From Camelus ferus (Eukaryota), in NCBI RefSeq assembly GCF_009834535.1, contig NC_045706.1:10914001-10978000 (forward strand): a stretch of DNA of 64,000 nucleotides, given 5' to 3'. Shown piece by piece: positions 1-12,729 of this stretch; position 1 is the first letter of the stretch; every line of letters begins with the position of its first letter. A model generated the notes under the pieces. It ran no database searches. It saw only the letters and a program-made list of their open reading frames with translations, and was not told the origin of the DNA. A program made the translations under genes and the position numbers.

Positions 1-1130
1 TACGAGAGGAATTTGAGTGCATATTTTTATTTGGCGTCTTTTCCCCTACTTCCTTTCTCTGCCTCATAAGAACAGTGTTCATGTGGCTACAACAATCTAA
101 TTTGGTATGAGAGCCCATAGTTTTCTTGTCATTATTAATGATTACACTTCTTTTCCCTCAAGGAATTGCCTTCTGGTTGCTTCACCACTATTGTTTTAGA
201 CGTCTTATTTTGAATTTTTCTTCTAAAACTTTCCTGGAATGAAAAACAGTGGTTGTTGAAAAGAGCTTTATTTTATCTGGTATTTTTAATCCCTTGTGAG
301 TGCAACTGGAATTCTACATTTTAAATTTTTTTTTAGGATATTTTACATTGAATATATAAATATCTATTTGCCAACTACTGTTAAGTATAGTATAGTAGAA
401 TATATTTAGTAAAGACTTCTTATATTGGTGTTTTTGTGATATAAAATTGTAGCTTTGTCTTGGAATATTTTATTCAGACACATTTTCAGAAATTTTTTTC
501 TTGGTCACTACTATATTTTTCTAATCTTTGGAAGACCAGATTCAAAGTGTATAGAACCTCCAGTGCTTTTAAAGATTTTAAAAGATAGGGAATTCATTTC
601 AATAGCTGGTTTATAAATCTGAAAATTTTCTGTTTTCATTCTCATTCCTTCCTTATCCAGAAAAGAAATACATAATCTCATCTCATCACATACAGTACTA
701 ATCCTAGTTTCGATCAGGAGTGTAAAGTTGGTTCATTTCTGTATTTTTTTTATAGTCATGGGATACAGTTAATGAAGGATTATGATGCATAAGTAGAATT
801 CATCCCTTTGAAAATAATGTTGGGAGAGAAGAGCAGTGGTAAGGAGTGGTCTTTATCTCAATTCTGAACTTCAGGTTTTGTTTGGTCTAATATAAACTTC
901 TGTTTTATATTTAGCATACTGCACTAGAAATCAGTATTTTGATTTAATACTGATAGTCATGATTCTGTACTGCTTTATAGTTCTGTTTGAATACAGCAGC
1001 ATTCTGAGGTGCAAAGTCAGGTGTAGGTGTAAATCTTATTTTTAAAGTGTTAGGCTTTCATAAGCTTATGCAGTCTGACCGTGTACATTCCTAGCTATCA
1101 GTAATGTTTTTTCCTGGATTTTCTTCTCAG

Positions 1131-1280
1131 CAACCCGATAGCAGAAGGGTCAACTCTTCTGTTGGATTTTCTGTTTTGCAGCATACAAGCAATGACCCAT
1201 ATTGCTTTGTGGAATTTTATGAACACAGAGATGCAGCTGCTGCATTAGCTGCTATGAATGGGAGAAAAATTTTGGGAAAG
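1131..1280 (+). CDS. TIAL1: TIAL1 (TIAR) coding exon 3, RRM1; two acceptors (long form from 1131, short form from 1182)
   Basis: ttctcAG|1131 gives [17 protein letters not shown] (51 nt); ttttgcAG|1182 gives [33 protein letters not shown]; donor AAG|gtaaga at 1281. Matches TIAR protein. Confidence 0.96.
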
Positions 1281-1523
1281 GTAAGATTAAGAATGATGGC
1301 ACCTTATGAGTGTATATATTTGCATGTCAAATTAGTTTGCATTCTTTCCTAGCAAGTTTTTTTTTTTTTTTAACTCAGCTCTGCCAAGTGATGGTTTTGC
1401 TTTTATTCAGCCTAATGCCTTTACCAAAATAATCCTGCTTGATAAGTAATTTAATAAGTGGTAAGTGTTATGATTCATAATGACATGCCTAATAATTGTA
1501 TTAAATATAATCTTTATTTTTAG

Positions 1524-1578
1524 GAGGTCAAAGTAAACTGGGCAACAACACCAAGTAGCCAGAAAAAAGATACTTCCA
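1524..1578 (+). CDS. TIAL1: TIAL1 coding exon 4 (55 nt)
   Basis: tttttAG|GAG...; EVKVNWATTPSSQKKDTS(N); donor CCA|gtaagt. Confidence 0.97.
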
Positions 1579-1709
1579 GTAAGTACTCCTGCTGCATTTT
1601 ACTGTGGAAGAGTTCTGAAATTATCCTGGCAGCATTACCAGCTGAAATAGGGTTTTTTCTTCCCTTAGTGTTGCCTAAGAAAGGTTTAGTAACTGACTTA
1701 AGTATTTGA

Positions 1710-1820
<111 letters not shown>

Positions 1821-1918
1821 TAAGTATCATAATCAATACTATACTCGATAGTGATAGGCAAAATTGTATATGATTAACTTGTATCAGAATTAAGATTTTG
1901 TTTCCCTAGTTAGTGTGA

Positions 1919-1950
<32 letters not shown>

Positions 1951-3684
1951 TTGATTAGTAGATGTTGTTGAAAATGTTAATGTCATTTCAGTGTTTTGGG
2001 GTCTTGTTTCATCTAATCCTGTGTATAACATGTTAAAAAAATTTTAAGTGATTCTGTTTGTTATCTTTAAAGCAGATGTTTAGGTGGTAAAACCTATTAT
2101 AAAATCTGACTATTTGTCAAATGTTTTCAAAACTTGGTGTTTAAAGATACGGGTTAACCAGAAATAAATGTGATTTATACTGTGTATTAAACTTTTATAG
2201 AAGGAGTTTATAAATGGGGGAAAGTAGATAAACCCTTGGGTATATTGTGATGAAATTGAAAATGTACATGCTTAATTATAATGGTAAATGTGTTTTGATA
2301 TTTTAGTTGAAAAGTAGCATTATTATAGTATTAAAATGTTTTAATGTCTGAGCCATAAATGTGAGATTAATAGTAGATTTTGTTTGTTAGTGGTATTTGA
2401 TTCTGCTAATTAGGGCCCAATTGTGGTTTGATTTTTTTTTTTTTTAACAAAGTTTATGCTCAAATTTCACTGTATGTTATTTGATCAAATATATTGGAAA
2501 ATTAAAAGTGATTACTAGTTCTACAAAATGTTTATCACAGTTTATCTTTCTGATTAAAATCACTTTATTTTATGTATTTCCTATAGATTTAAATTAAACG
2601 TTTTAGTATAATTTACAGAAATAATGTTTCAACTGAACAACAGTATTTCTCTATAATTTGTTGTTCTATTGATTTAATTTATTTGATAGAAAGATTTAAT
2701 TTTTAATTTTCTGTTTTGATATTTGCTTTGCTTTTTAATCTCTAAATGTGGTAAGTAGTATTGTTTTAAAAATCAGTATAAAAATAATACAGGTTGCTGT
2801 TTTTCAATCTTTATTTATACCTGAGACCTGCAGTTTTTCTAAAGTCCAAGTCACAATTAAAAGTAATAGCATTCTGGTTATTTTGCAGAATTGCTCATAA
2901 GAATGGACAGGATCTTGAAGGCTAACTGCAAGGAACTGTGCACACTGGAACTCAGTTGTAGATTTTTTTCTCATTTCTATTTATTCTTATTATACATTAT
3001 TTATATATACATATTTTAGTATTTACATTTTAACATTCTATATTCAGTGGAGTTCTATATTTCCAATCATTTTAACTTACTCACTAAAATTTCTGTGTAA
3101 ATTTGTTGTTTTCGTACTGGTGTGCTTAGCATTGTTGTTAGTTTTTTATTCTCCTTTCTTAAATTTCTGAAAATGTCAATTTTTCAAAATTTACAGCTGC
3201 CCAAACTCCAAAATGATGGTAGAGAATTGACCAAGAAAAATAAAGAAATCTGTTAACAGGCCATGTATGCCTTTTTAATTCCTATTTTTTCCTCTTTTTC
3301 AATTTTTTAATATTTCATATATTTTGTATCACTAGGCAGAAGACATTTAACTATTTAGAGATTGCATGGTAAAGTAGTTAGCATTGTTACAGTAATTTAT
3401 AGAACCAGTAAACCTTAGAGGACACTAGCCAATAGAATATTAGAAAAGGAAACTATTGTTCCTGTTAATCTTCAAATTTGAGCATTTAGTTTAGAAAGCA
3501 CAGGCTATGTGATTAGGTTGCATGTTTATTACATGTTTTTGTCCTACTGCTTTTTTCTAACAGGTAAAGAAGCGTTAGGGAGAGTTCAGGAATGGCTATA
3601 GTTAATTAGGGCTAACTGGAATTTTATTTAAAAAAATGCTCACAATACAGTGTGTGTGGTTCCTTTTAGTTTTTATTTTGATGA

Positions 3685-3816
<132 letters not shown>

Positions 3817-4924
3817 TGAATTTAAGTTTAATACACAATTTAGTCATTAATTAATGAGTATTTTTGTCTGTTTCAGTAATAGGGTATAGTTCTTTTTTTT
3901 TTTTTTTTTTTCATTAAGCTTGGAAGTAACTGGGAAAAGACAGGCTGATTATAAGGAAGAGTATTAAAATTGTATTTGTGAATTGGTAACGGTAAGATGT
4001 GTTAGCAGTAAAGCACAAAACTAGTGCAGATGAGCTGATACCAGAATTTGGAGGAAAGTTAAATTTGTCTTAACCATGAAAATCTTAGTTTTAAATATTT
4101 ATTATGCATATTTTTGTAGCTGGGATGTTAATGGTTATAGCAGATGAAATTTAAGTAATTCATCTTGATTTTTACATGTATTTAAGAAAGAGGTGCCAAA
4201 ATATCTTAAGCATTTGCATTAACTGTAACATCAAATAATAAAATAAAATGGGCTTTGATATTAGCATTTTGGAACAGTTTCAGCAACTTAAATTATTTAC
4301 ATTTTATTGAAGCAGTAAGATAAAGGGCAGGAGTTGTAATTTTTGCTTAGATTCATTGTAAATTCACATTGATTTTGATCATCTAAACTCTTTATAGGCA
4401 GCCATTTTACAGCATTCTAAGTCATAATGCAGAAGTCTTTTGTCTTAAGTTTTAAATCCTGTGTTGTAGTCATAATCCATTACTATTAGAATGTAGATTT
4501 TGAGGAGTATGTGATATAGACCATAATATTAAGACTTTATATGTTCTTCAGTAAAGTTATTACAAATCAACCATAAAATTAAGATATTTGAAAACAACTT
4601 TCTCTTTTTTTTTTTAGGGGGCAGAGTAATCAGTGGGACTGTGATTTTCCCTTGTGTATTTTTTGAATGATAAATTTCTCTTGATGCTTAAATACTGTCC
4701 TGGCATTTTGAAATATATAAATAAAAATGACTTTAATGAATCACTAAAGTTCGAGTAATTTTTTCTTGTGAAATTAGTTTTATTCATTTAGGATGCTTAG
4801 TGAATCCTAACTGATAAGATTTATTGGATATAGTGATGCCAGCATTTTATTTCATCTTACTGGGTCTTATATGCCACTATTTTCTGTGTTTGTAATTGCT
4901 CTTTTTTTCTCTTTTTGTTTATAG

Positions 4925-5089
<165 letters not shown>

Positions 5090-5342
5090 TAGTTAGCCTT
5101 AATTTTTTAAAATTTAAATTTATTAGCGTTGCAAGACTCATTTTCATCTTGAATTTAATTGTCTGAAAATAACTGGGCTTTGTTGCAAGTATATTTGGAG
5201 CTGTGAACCAGCTGATTTTATAGGTCAAATCATAGTGTCAAAAAAAATTCTACTTCTCCCACAGTGAGGCGTATAAGTATACAGTAATCAGTTTTATAAT
5301 GCTGTATAACCATTAACATTTTTGTTTTCTTTCTGCAAATAG

Positions 5343-5615
<273 letters not shown>

Positions 5616-5846
5616 TAAAATTCTACCTGTAATTTTATTTCTTTTATATTTGATCCATTCCTTTCAGTTATATTATTTGATCCCCTCAGGTACTGTTATT
5701 TTAGTACTTTGCAATGTAGAACTTTATTTACATGACGTACTTTAGGAAAATACCAAGTTGATAGTTATAAACTAATGAGTTATGTATTACTTACTGTGTT
5801 AAGTCTTAAAAAAATAAAAAACAACCTCCTTCTCTTCCTCTCTTAG

Positions 5847-5970
5847 ATTTTCCACCCATGAAAGTGCAGCCCATGCCATTGTTTCGGTGAATGGTACTAC
5901 AATTGAAGGACATGTTGTTAAATGCTATTGGGGTAAAGAATCTCCTGATATGACTAAAAACTTTCAACAG
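5847..5970 (+). CDS. TIAL1: TIAL1 coding exon 10 (124 nt)
   Basis: ctcttAG|A TTT TCC...; [41 protein letters not shown]; donor CAG|gtaatt. Confidence 0.97.
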
Positions 5971-6301
5971 GTAATTCGATTTTTCATAGTAGTTTTTAAG
6001 GTTTCCATCTTACATGTCTACATAAAAGCTTTAGAAACTGTAAAAAAACAAACAAAGCATATATCTGCTTTCAGTTGATTTTATTAATGCTATTTCAAAA
6101 GTGATTATTTTGCGGTATTAACTGAATCTTAATACTTTCTTTTCACAGGTGTCACCACCCCAATAATCTTAGACAATGATAAATAACAGAGTCCTATTCA
6201 CATAAGGGTGCTTACTTAGATTTTCTCTTCCTTGTCTCCCACTTTCTTCAAATACTGTGTTTCTTACTTGTTCCCTAAAATAGTACTTTGCTTTTTCCTA
6301 G

Positions 6302-6441
6302 GTCGACTATAGTCAGTGGGGCCAGTGGAGCCAAGTTTATGGAAACCCACAACAGTATGGACAGTATATGGCAAATGGGTGGCAAGTACCGCCTTATGGA
6401 GTATACGGGCAACCATGGAATCAACAGGGATTTGGAGTAGA
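6302..6441 (+). CDS. TIAL1: TIAL1 coding exon 11 (140 nt), Q/G/Y-rich prion-like domain
   Basis: ttcctAG|GTC GAC...; [46 protein letters not shown](D); donor AGA|gtaagt. Confidence 0.97.
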
Positions 6442-7257
6442 GTAAGTTGTTTGAGTTTTTCCGGAATAGAAACAGATTCGGTTCTGAAAAAAGGAATTAA
6501 AAAGTGTGTCTTCCTAGGGAGAATCTAAATTAAATACGTTGAGCTAGCTATGTGGCATTGTAAGCATTGTAGAAACCTTATAAAAGTGATTTGTGATGCT
6601 AAAATTTTGCTTTTTATTATCTAGATGGAAAGGAAGTTTGGGGTAACATTTGGTGTGTCCTACTATCTCTATGAGCAGTTGGCAGAATTTGATTTACATT
6701 TCTAATATTTTATGTACTTGTTTATTTTTGCATGGAAAAGATCTTTGTCTAGATATGTTAAGAAATTTAATGATTTATGCCTGTTGACTTGTGTGAGAAG
6801 TCTCAGAGATTTATCTGATAAAAAGCAGTTTTGCCTTTTTCCTTTCTTGAGAGATTGGGTGGGCCTTTTGCCCTTTTTCCCCCTAGGCCAGCCCAGACCT
6901 TTATTTTCACTGATTCCTTCTTCTCTTTCCAGTGTGGACTTGTGTTTTTAAAATTGCTTATAAACTCATATACCATGTGTATAGTATATGATGGGTAGAT
7001 GATGTTGATGTGTTAAATCATTTGTCATTTTTAAAAAATCAGTTTTGAGATACTCTTCAGAGAAGTCATTATGTTGTTACCTTAGCAAACATTTAAGACT
7101 CCTGATGTGGATGTATGTATCGTTTGTTTCTTTGCTCTTTGTTGTAGATATGTTGATTTTTGTCTATTCTTTGATTAGGCTCTGCTTGATTTTTGTGTTA
7201 ATGTAGATAATTTTTTCTTTGTGTTTGCTGAATTTTTTTTTTTTTTTCTCTTCCAAG

Positions 7258-7384
7258 TCAATCACCTTCAGCTGCTTGGATGGGTGGATTTGGTGCTCAG
7301 CCTCCCCAAGGACAAGCCCCTCCCCCTGTAATACCTCCTCCCAACCAGGCTGGATATGGCATGGCCAGTTACCAAACACAGTGA
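7258..7384 (+). CDS. TIAL1: TIAL1 last coding exon 12, to stop codon
   Basis: Long poly-T tract then ccAAG|T CAA TCA...; QSPSAAWMGGFGAQPPQGQAPPPVIPPPNQAGYGMASYQTQ*; TGA at 7382-7384. Confidence 0.96.
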
Positions 7385-10080
7385 GCTGGGACTCTAAACA
7401 AAATGTTATTCATGATAGCTTCAGTTTCCTGTGACACTCTGAAGACATGAAAGTAGACATCGGAAAATGAAAATATTTATTTTAAAAATTGAAATGTTTG
7501 GAACCTTTAGCACAGCTTTGCTTTGGTGAAGGACACATGTCTTCTAGTTCTGCCTTTTTAAGTTCTTGTTCATGATGGATATGAACATGATTTTTCTTTG
7601 TGTACAAAAACTAAAATAAAGTCAATAAAGACAATTCTGACTACAAATTTTGATATAATAGAAATGGGTAATACATTTTGATTCTTAGATACTATTCCAT
7701 TTTTACCTTGCTATTCAGTATTTTAACTCACTGTGTTTTTAAAAGCAAAAAAGGGAGGATCATGAAAAACTGGGAATCACATATAAGTTCATCCTCAACC
7801 TTGATACTCCCCTCCCCTGTCCTGAGGTGGACCACATTTGAAGTCAGCAGAAAAAAGTGTGATATTGAGAAGAAATGCATGCGTTTGGAGTCGCTTTGGA
7901 GGAAGTACTTTCTCTGTGCCTAAAGAAACTGAAGCCAGACTGATAAAAGAAATTTTGCAACCTAAATAAGGAACAGCATTGTCTGAGTTACTTGAGCAAA
8001 TGTTGGTGGTTCACATTAAGACATATTTTTAAAACTTTAAAAAGTGTTAATTATTAAAACTGTAGTAAATTACATTTCATTTGGGGTGGGGGGAAATTCC
8101 AAGTATGGTGTTTGTATTAAAGTCAGACAGTCATACTTAATGCTTTTACATGAAGTTTAAATGATATACATTGTAAATATTGAATACAGTGTTTAAAAAG
8201 CATGCTTCAACATAGAAGTAGCAGCAATGTAATTATTTGAAGTTACTCTTAACACACTCCACTGCATTGAATGCAATGGATGAATAAGAATGTTTAAGAC
8301 TGACATTTCCAAGGTTGGCTACTGTGTAAAATTAAAATTATACAAATGACTATACAGAAAAAGCCTTAATTTTAATTTCATAAAAATCTTTGATGCATTA
8401 GTACATTTTAAAATGTCATTGGAAATTAGATTTTTTTTCTTTTTTCTTTTTTTGCTTTACATCATTTGGTATGTAAATACCTTGATTAAAACCTTGTAAA
8501 CTTATTTCAAGGTTCCTATAAGTTGTATAGTACAAGTGTTTTTTAAAAATTTGGGGGTGTTTTTTAAAATTAGATATATTTTGCCCAAGAATTTTTTTAA
8601 CAGGATTGCTAAAACATCTTATTTAGACAGCTTGATGTACCAATTTATAATTGGATATTCAGCTTAAATAATACATAGAGTTGTGAGTTTTATTTTTAAT
8701 TCTTTTTTTTTTTTTCCTTGTGGGGAGTGTGCATGGGAGGATGGGCCTGCACAGAGGCTGAGTTGTATGTCTGCAGAATTTGTAAATGAATTGACTGGGT
8801 AGATATATAAGATTGACGTTTGCTTCTGAGGTATTTTTCAGGCCATGTGGATAAAATCTGTCTCCAACTTCTATCATTACAGGAATGTAAAAGATATAAA
8901 ATCCTGTATATTTAATTCTGACAGCTAGGGGGTGCAAATGTTTAGGCAGTGTATTTGAAATGTTATAAGGCCTGGACACCAAAATGAGAAAACTCTTTAC
9001 AGTTAAGTAGTAAAGTGCAGCAAGCACCCACAAATTAACTATTTTGTAAACTTTTGAAGTCTTAACAAGTAGCTGTAAAATAATGATGGTTTTATAAATT
9101 GGTGACCACAATAATTTTGTTATTTTCCTTCTTTTCCCATTTAGAAATGTATCAAACATAAAAATTCAGAGGGTCTGAAGTTGTTCATCTTTGGGCCAAA
9201 TTTTTTTATGGCACTTTAGTTTTAACCACAGGAGTCATCTATGACACTCTTCTATTATAGTAACATTTACCCTTCTTTCGTTCATGTCAGTGTCTTTGGG
9301 GGATGCTATGGAAAAGTTACTTTATATTTTATAATGAGAACACTCATGATATCAATTATGCCTCCTAGTTAAAAATTTCTTAAATATGTGTGAAACTTGA
9401 ACTAAAGATTTCTTTTATATATATATTGATAAAAGCCTATTAAATTCTCAGTTTGCCTTTATTGGGTCTGCCAGTAAATTTAAGTAGCTTATTGCAATAG
9501 CAGCTAAATATAGCTGCAGTGTTTCCTGGCTGTATATTCTGTGATTTAATAAAATGATCCAGACTAGTTGTATTGCATAGTAAACATGACTGAAGTGTCC
9601 TTGGTCTTAATCTGAAAGAACAGGATTATATGCCCAGTTCAGTTAATGGAAGTTATTTCATATTAAATGGTTTTTAAAACATAAAGCTACTCACCCAAAT
9701 GCAATGCACCATTTTGGAATACAACTGTCAAGCTAACGCAGACTCAAGACTATTTTATAAAAAAGTGAAGTCAGTGCTATCTTGATCCAATTTAAGCCTA
9801 AGAATCGTTGCCTTTTCCATGTTCATCAAAAACAGCAGAGATTCTTTGGCATGCAAGAACATGTTTTTTCGTAATTACTTTTAAGAGTTATTTTGGTGAT
9901 TGTTTCTGACTGCCATCTTCTTTGATCTAATCTCTCTACTAGTATTTCCCCCCATGCCATTCCCACTTCATTTTTATGTCTGCTGGCAGTGAGAGGCTAA
10001 AATGACTGGCCAACTTGAGCCAAAGCTGTAAACCACAGTTGAAGTAAGTCTTTCAATAAAGACTAGACTATGTGATAAGT
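7385..10080 (+). other. TIAL1: TIAL1 long AU/U-rich 3'UTR region (distal end uncertain)
   Basis: Repeat-free AT-rich sequence after the stop, with further AATAAA at 9548-9553, 10055-10060, about 10401 and 10672. Confidence 0.5.
7615..7629 (+). terminator. TIAL1: TIAL1 proximal polyadenylation signals (tandem AATAAA)
   Basis: AATAAA at 7615-7620 and 7624-7629, TGTA upstream at 7601, about 230 nt after the stop. Confidence 0.7.
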
Positions 10081-10808
10081 GGATTTTTCTTATTGTCGTT
10101 TATTACATAATTATTTCTTCCAGGCTGCAATGAAATAAGTGATTCTATTTTATTTTATTAGTAAGGCATACTGAATATATGTATATTCAGGACTTATTTC
10201 TGTGTTCTGTGTAAGTGATAAAAGTCCATTTGCCCTGTTGGATTAAAATTTAATTTCTGGGTATGGAGAGATAGAAATTTGCATCCTTCTAAAAATGTAT
10301 GCTTTGTTGAATATTAATATATTAAAATCTCATTAGTTTAGAGTCCACACATATTAGGAACCACAATTTTACCACCTCTAGATTTATGTTTGGTAGTACC
10401 AATAAATAAAGATTGCTCTGGACAAACAGAACTAGAAAAAGAATTTAGTAAATTGTATAGACACCTTTCTAGCAGATATGCCCAAATTAAATCTTACCTA
10501 GTCATTAAAAGTTAGCATTTGGGCCTCCACTTAATGCATTAGAAACACCGTATATGCATTTTTAGTATGTATTGAAAAGATAAATGAGTTAGACTTTCAC
10601 TAGTTTATACAAGCCTTCTCTTAAATCCAAATGAGCAGATTTTGTTAAATATAAATTCTGCTCTGTGTAGCAATAAAATGTCTGATACTGTGTTCAGAAA
10701 GATCACTACAAATTATATTGCCGTCTATTCCATTTTTAAACAAGGAAATTATGTGAATAATTACTGTTTTAAAATGTGTTATTCCAAACTGTTAGTGTGG
10801 TATTTAAA

Positions 10809-10960
10809 TTCTTTTTGTTTTGTGTTTTTAATTTTACTTTGTGGGGGCCGTAATTAGGTGGGGGTTTTTTTTGTTTTTTTTTGAGGAGCTCCTGGGAACT
10901 GAACCCAGGACTTTGTGCATGCTAAGCCTGTGCTCTACTACTTGAGCTATGCCGTCCCCA
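10809..10960 (-). mobile_element. tRNA-derived SINE, camelid type (Vic-1-like)
   Basis: Reverse complement reads GGGGACGGCATAGCTCAAGTAGTAGAGCACAGGCTTAGCATGCACAAAGTCCTGGGTTCAGTTCCCAG plus an A-rich tail; imperfect TSD tgtggtatt(t/a)aaa on both sides. Confidence 0.85.
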
Positions 10961-12729
10961 CTAATTAATGTGGTATTAAAATGCCATATTAGTATAAAAC
11001 CTGGGCTTGTGCCTACTTAAATTGGGTCTCTTTTAAATAGTGCAGATAGACTACAAACCATAATTTGCAAAGTACTTTGTGTAAGTATCTCTTTTAGGGG
11101 TAAGAATGACTTGATTTTATAATTGCCCAAATGTGAAGGAAGTTCAATTTGTATCTAGGAAATAGAGGAGGGAGAATTATATATATTTGTTTCTCTTAGG
11201 CAAAAAAAAAGGTGGGGGGGGAGCTGGGGTGCTAATAGTTGTTAGTTTTTTGACCCTCTTGTTGATTTAGGCTTTTGAGGGAGAAGAAGATTAATCCACA
11301 TAACGTTTGTAGTTTGGTTTTTTAACAAGAATGTCGATAATAGTAACAGCTGGCAAAAGGTGTGTATCCAATAAATGATTTCCCTAATGTTCCAACTCAG
11401 TTCACAGACGTAATGCTGAATGTCCATTTTTCCAGGTTGTTGCATTTTTTGAAATTCAGTAACCAGTGTTTCTGAGGTATTCCTGTGGGAAAGTGATCCA
11501 CATCTAATCTTTTGAAGTCAGCTTGGAAAGTTTGCCGAACATGAACAAGACTGAAGTGCTACTGGGCAGCTGTTAGAGGAAAGCCAGAATCGTTGAATGT
11601 AGAAAAATCATGTCTTGTGGTCGAGCTGTCTAGTTGTTGAGCTTGCAGCTGGGCTTAGCTTGCCTGTAGACCTCCTGTTTTGACTCAGTTTCGTCCTTGT
11701 GAGCTGACGAGAGCTCGCAAGGAGCCTGGTATCGGGTGGCGATGCAGAACTGTGTTTTTGAGGTAGTCCAGGTTTTGCTACATGTAACCAGTAGTTACTG
11801 TAACTCATCCAGTCATGATTCTTCCCCCACTTCCTGCTCCTGTTTCTTCCTTCCTTGGGTTTTGGTATACCAACGAAGAGAGGTCCAAAACCATCTGGAC
11901 AAAGTGGGCACGAAAAATGGAGCTATATGCAAATGTGCCTGTTCTAAGGGTTGATATTAATAGTGTGTAAATGTCAGATTTTCACAGTTCATTTTACTGA
12001 TTAAGAGTTGTAAGTTGAATTGTTCCATATGTGGTTTATATGATTGCTTTTGTTGACAAAAATAAAACTAATTCATATGTGTTGACATAGCTAAACAAAA
12101 TGGGGAATGCCCATTTAATAATCTCAGCTTCTTTTTGGAAAGGACTAAACTTGGAAAACCATGTACTAATTTCCTTTGGCTAGGTTATTTGTTAGCATAT
12201 GGTCCAGCTCATACTTGGTTACCTGTTTAATGAAATTGGGAAAGGAGTGGTGACTAGGATAATGAAGAGGAGAAAAGTCCTTGATTCTGAAGAGTGTTGA
12301 CAGAGTTGACATGGGAATAGACGCTCCTGAGCAGGTATAGTAAACTATGCGTGGTAATCAGGACTTGGGTGCTGATATTTAATATGTTATTAGCTTAAAC
12401 TATACACATTTTATCAAGAAGACTAGGAGACTTATCAGGTTATTGAAAATAAAATATTACCAACATCTTTGTCTTACTTACTGGCTCTGATCATTTCTCT
12501 TCCATTTCTTTTAATGTGTATTTTTATTTATTTTTGTGTCTATATGTGTATTAGAATGTTGGACAAATGCTGTTGTTCTGAAATGCTGCCTTTGAGCATT
12601 TTCAGTAAAATGATGGGATTAGGATATCCTTCAAAACCCACATTTCATTTTATTTTAACCAGGAAGCTTTATTTTTAAAAATGGGTAGCCTCATTCCCAG
12701 GTTAGCTCACTATTTTTATATCTTTGGTT

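Noticed and set aside
1521..1526. NAGNAG acceptor TAG GAG at TIAL1 exon 4
   Set aside because: GAG acceptors are rarely used; no supporting evidence in the sequence.
4237..4247. Tandem AATAAA in TIAL1 intron 6
   Set aside because: Common by chance in very AT-rich introns; no associated exon signal.
7378..7386. Donor-like ACA|GTGAGC overlapping the TIAL1 stop codon
   Set aside because: No downstream partner exon identifiable and poly(A) signals follow; probably incidental.
8659..9159. 166-aa antisense ORF in the TIAL1 3'UTR
   Set aside because: No recognisable homology and it runs through a poly-A/T tract; likely chance.
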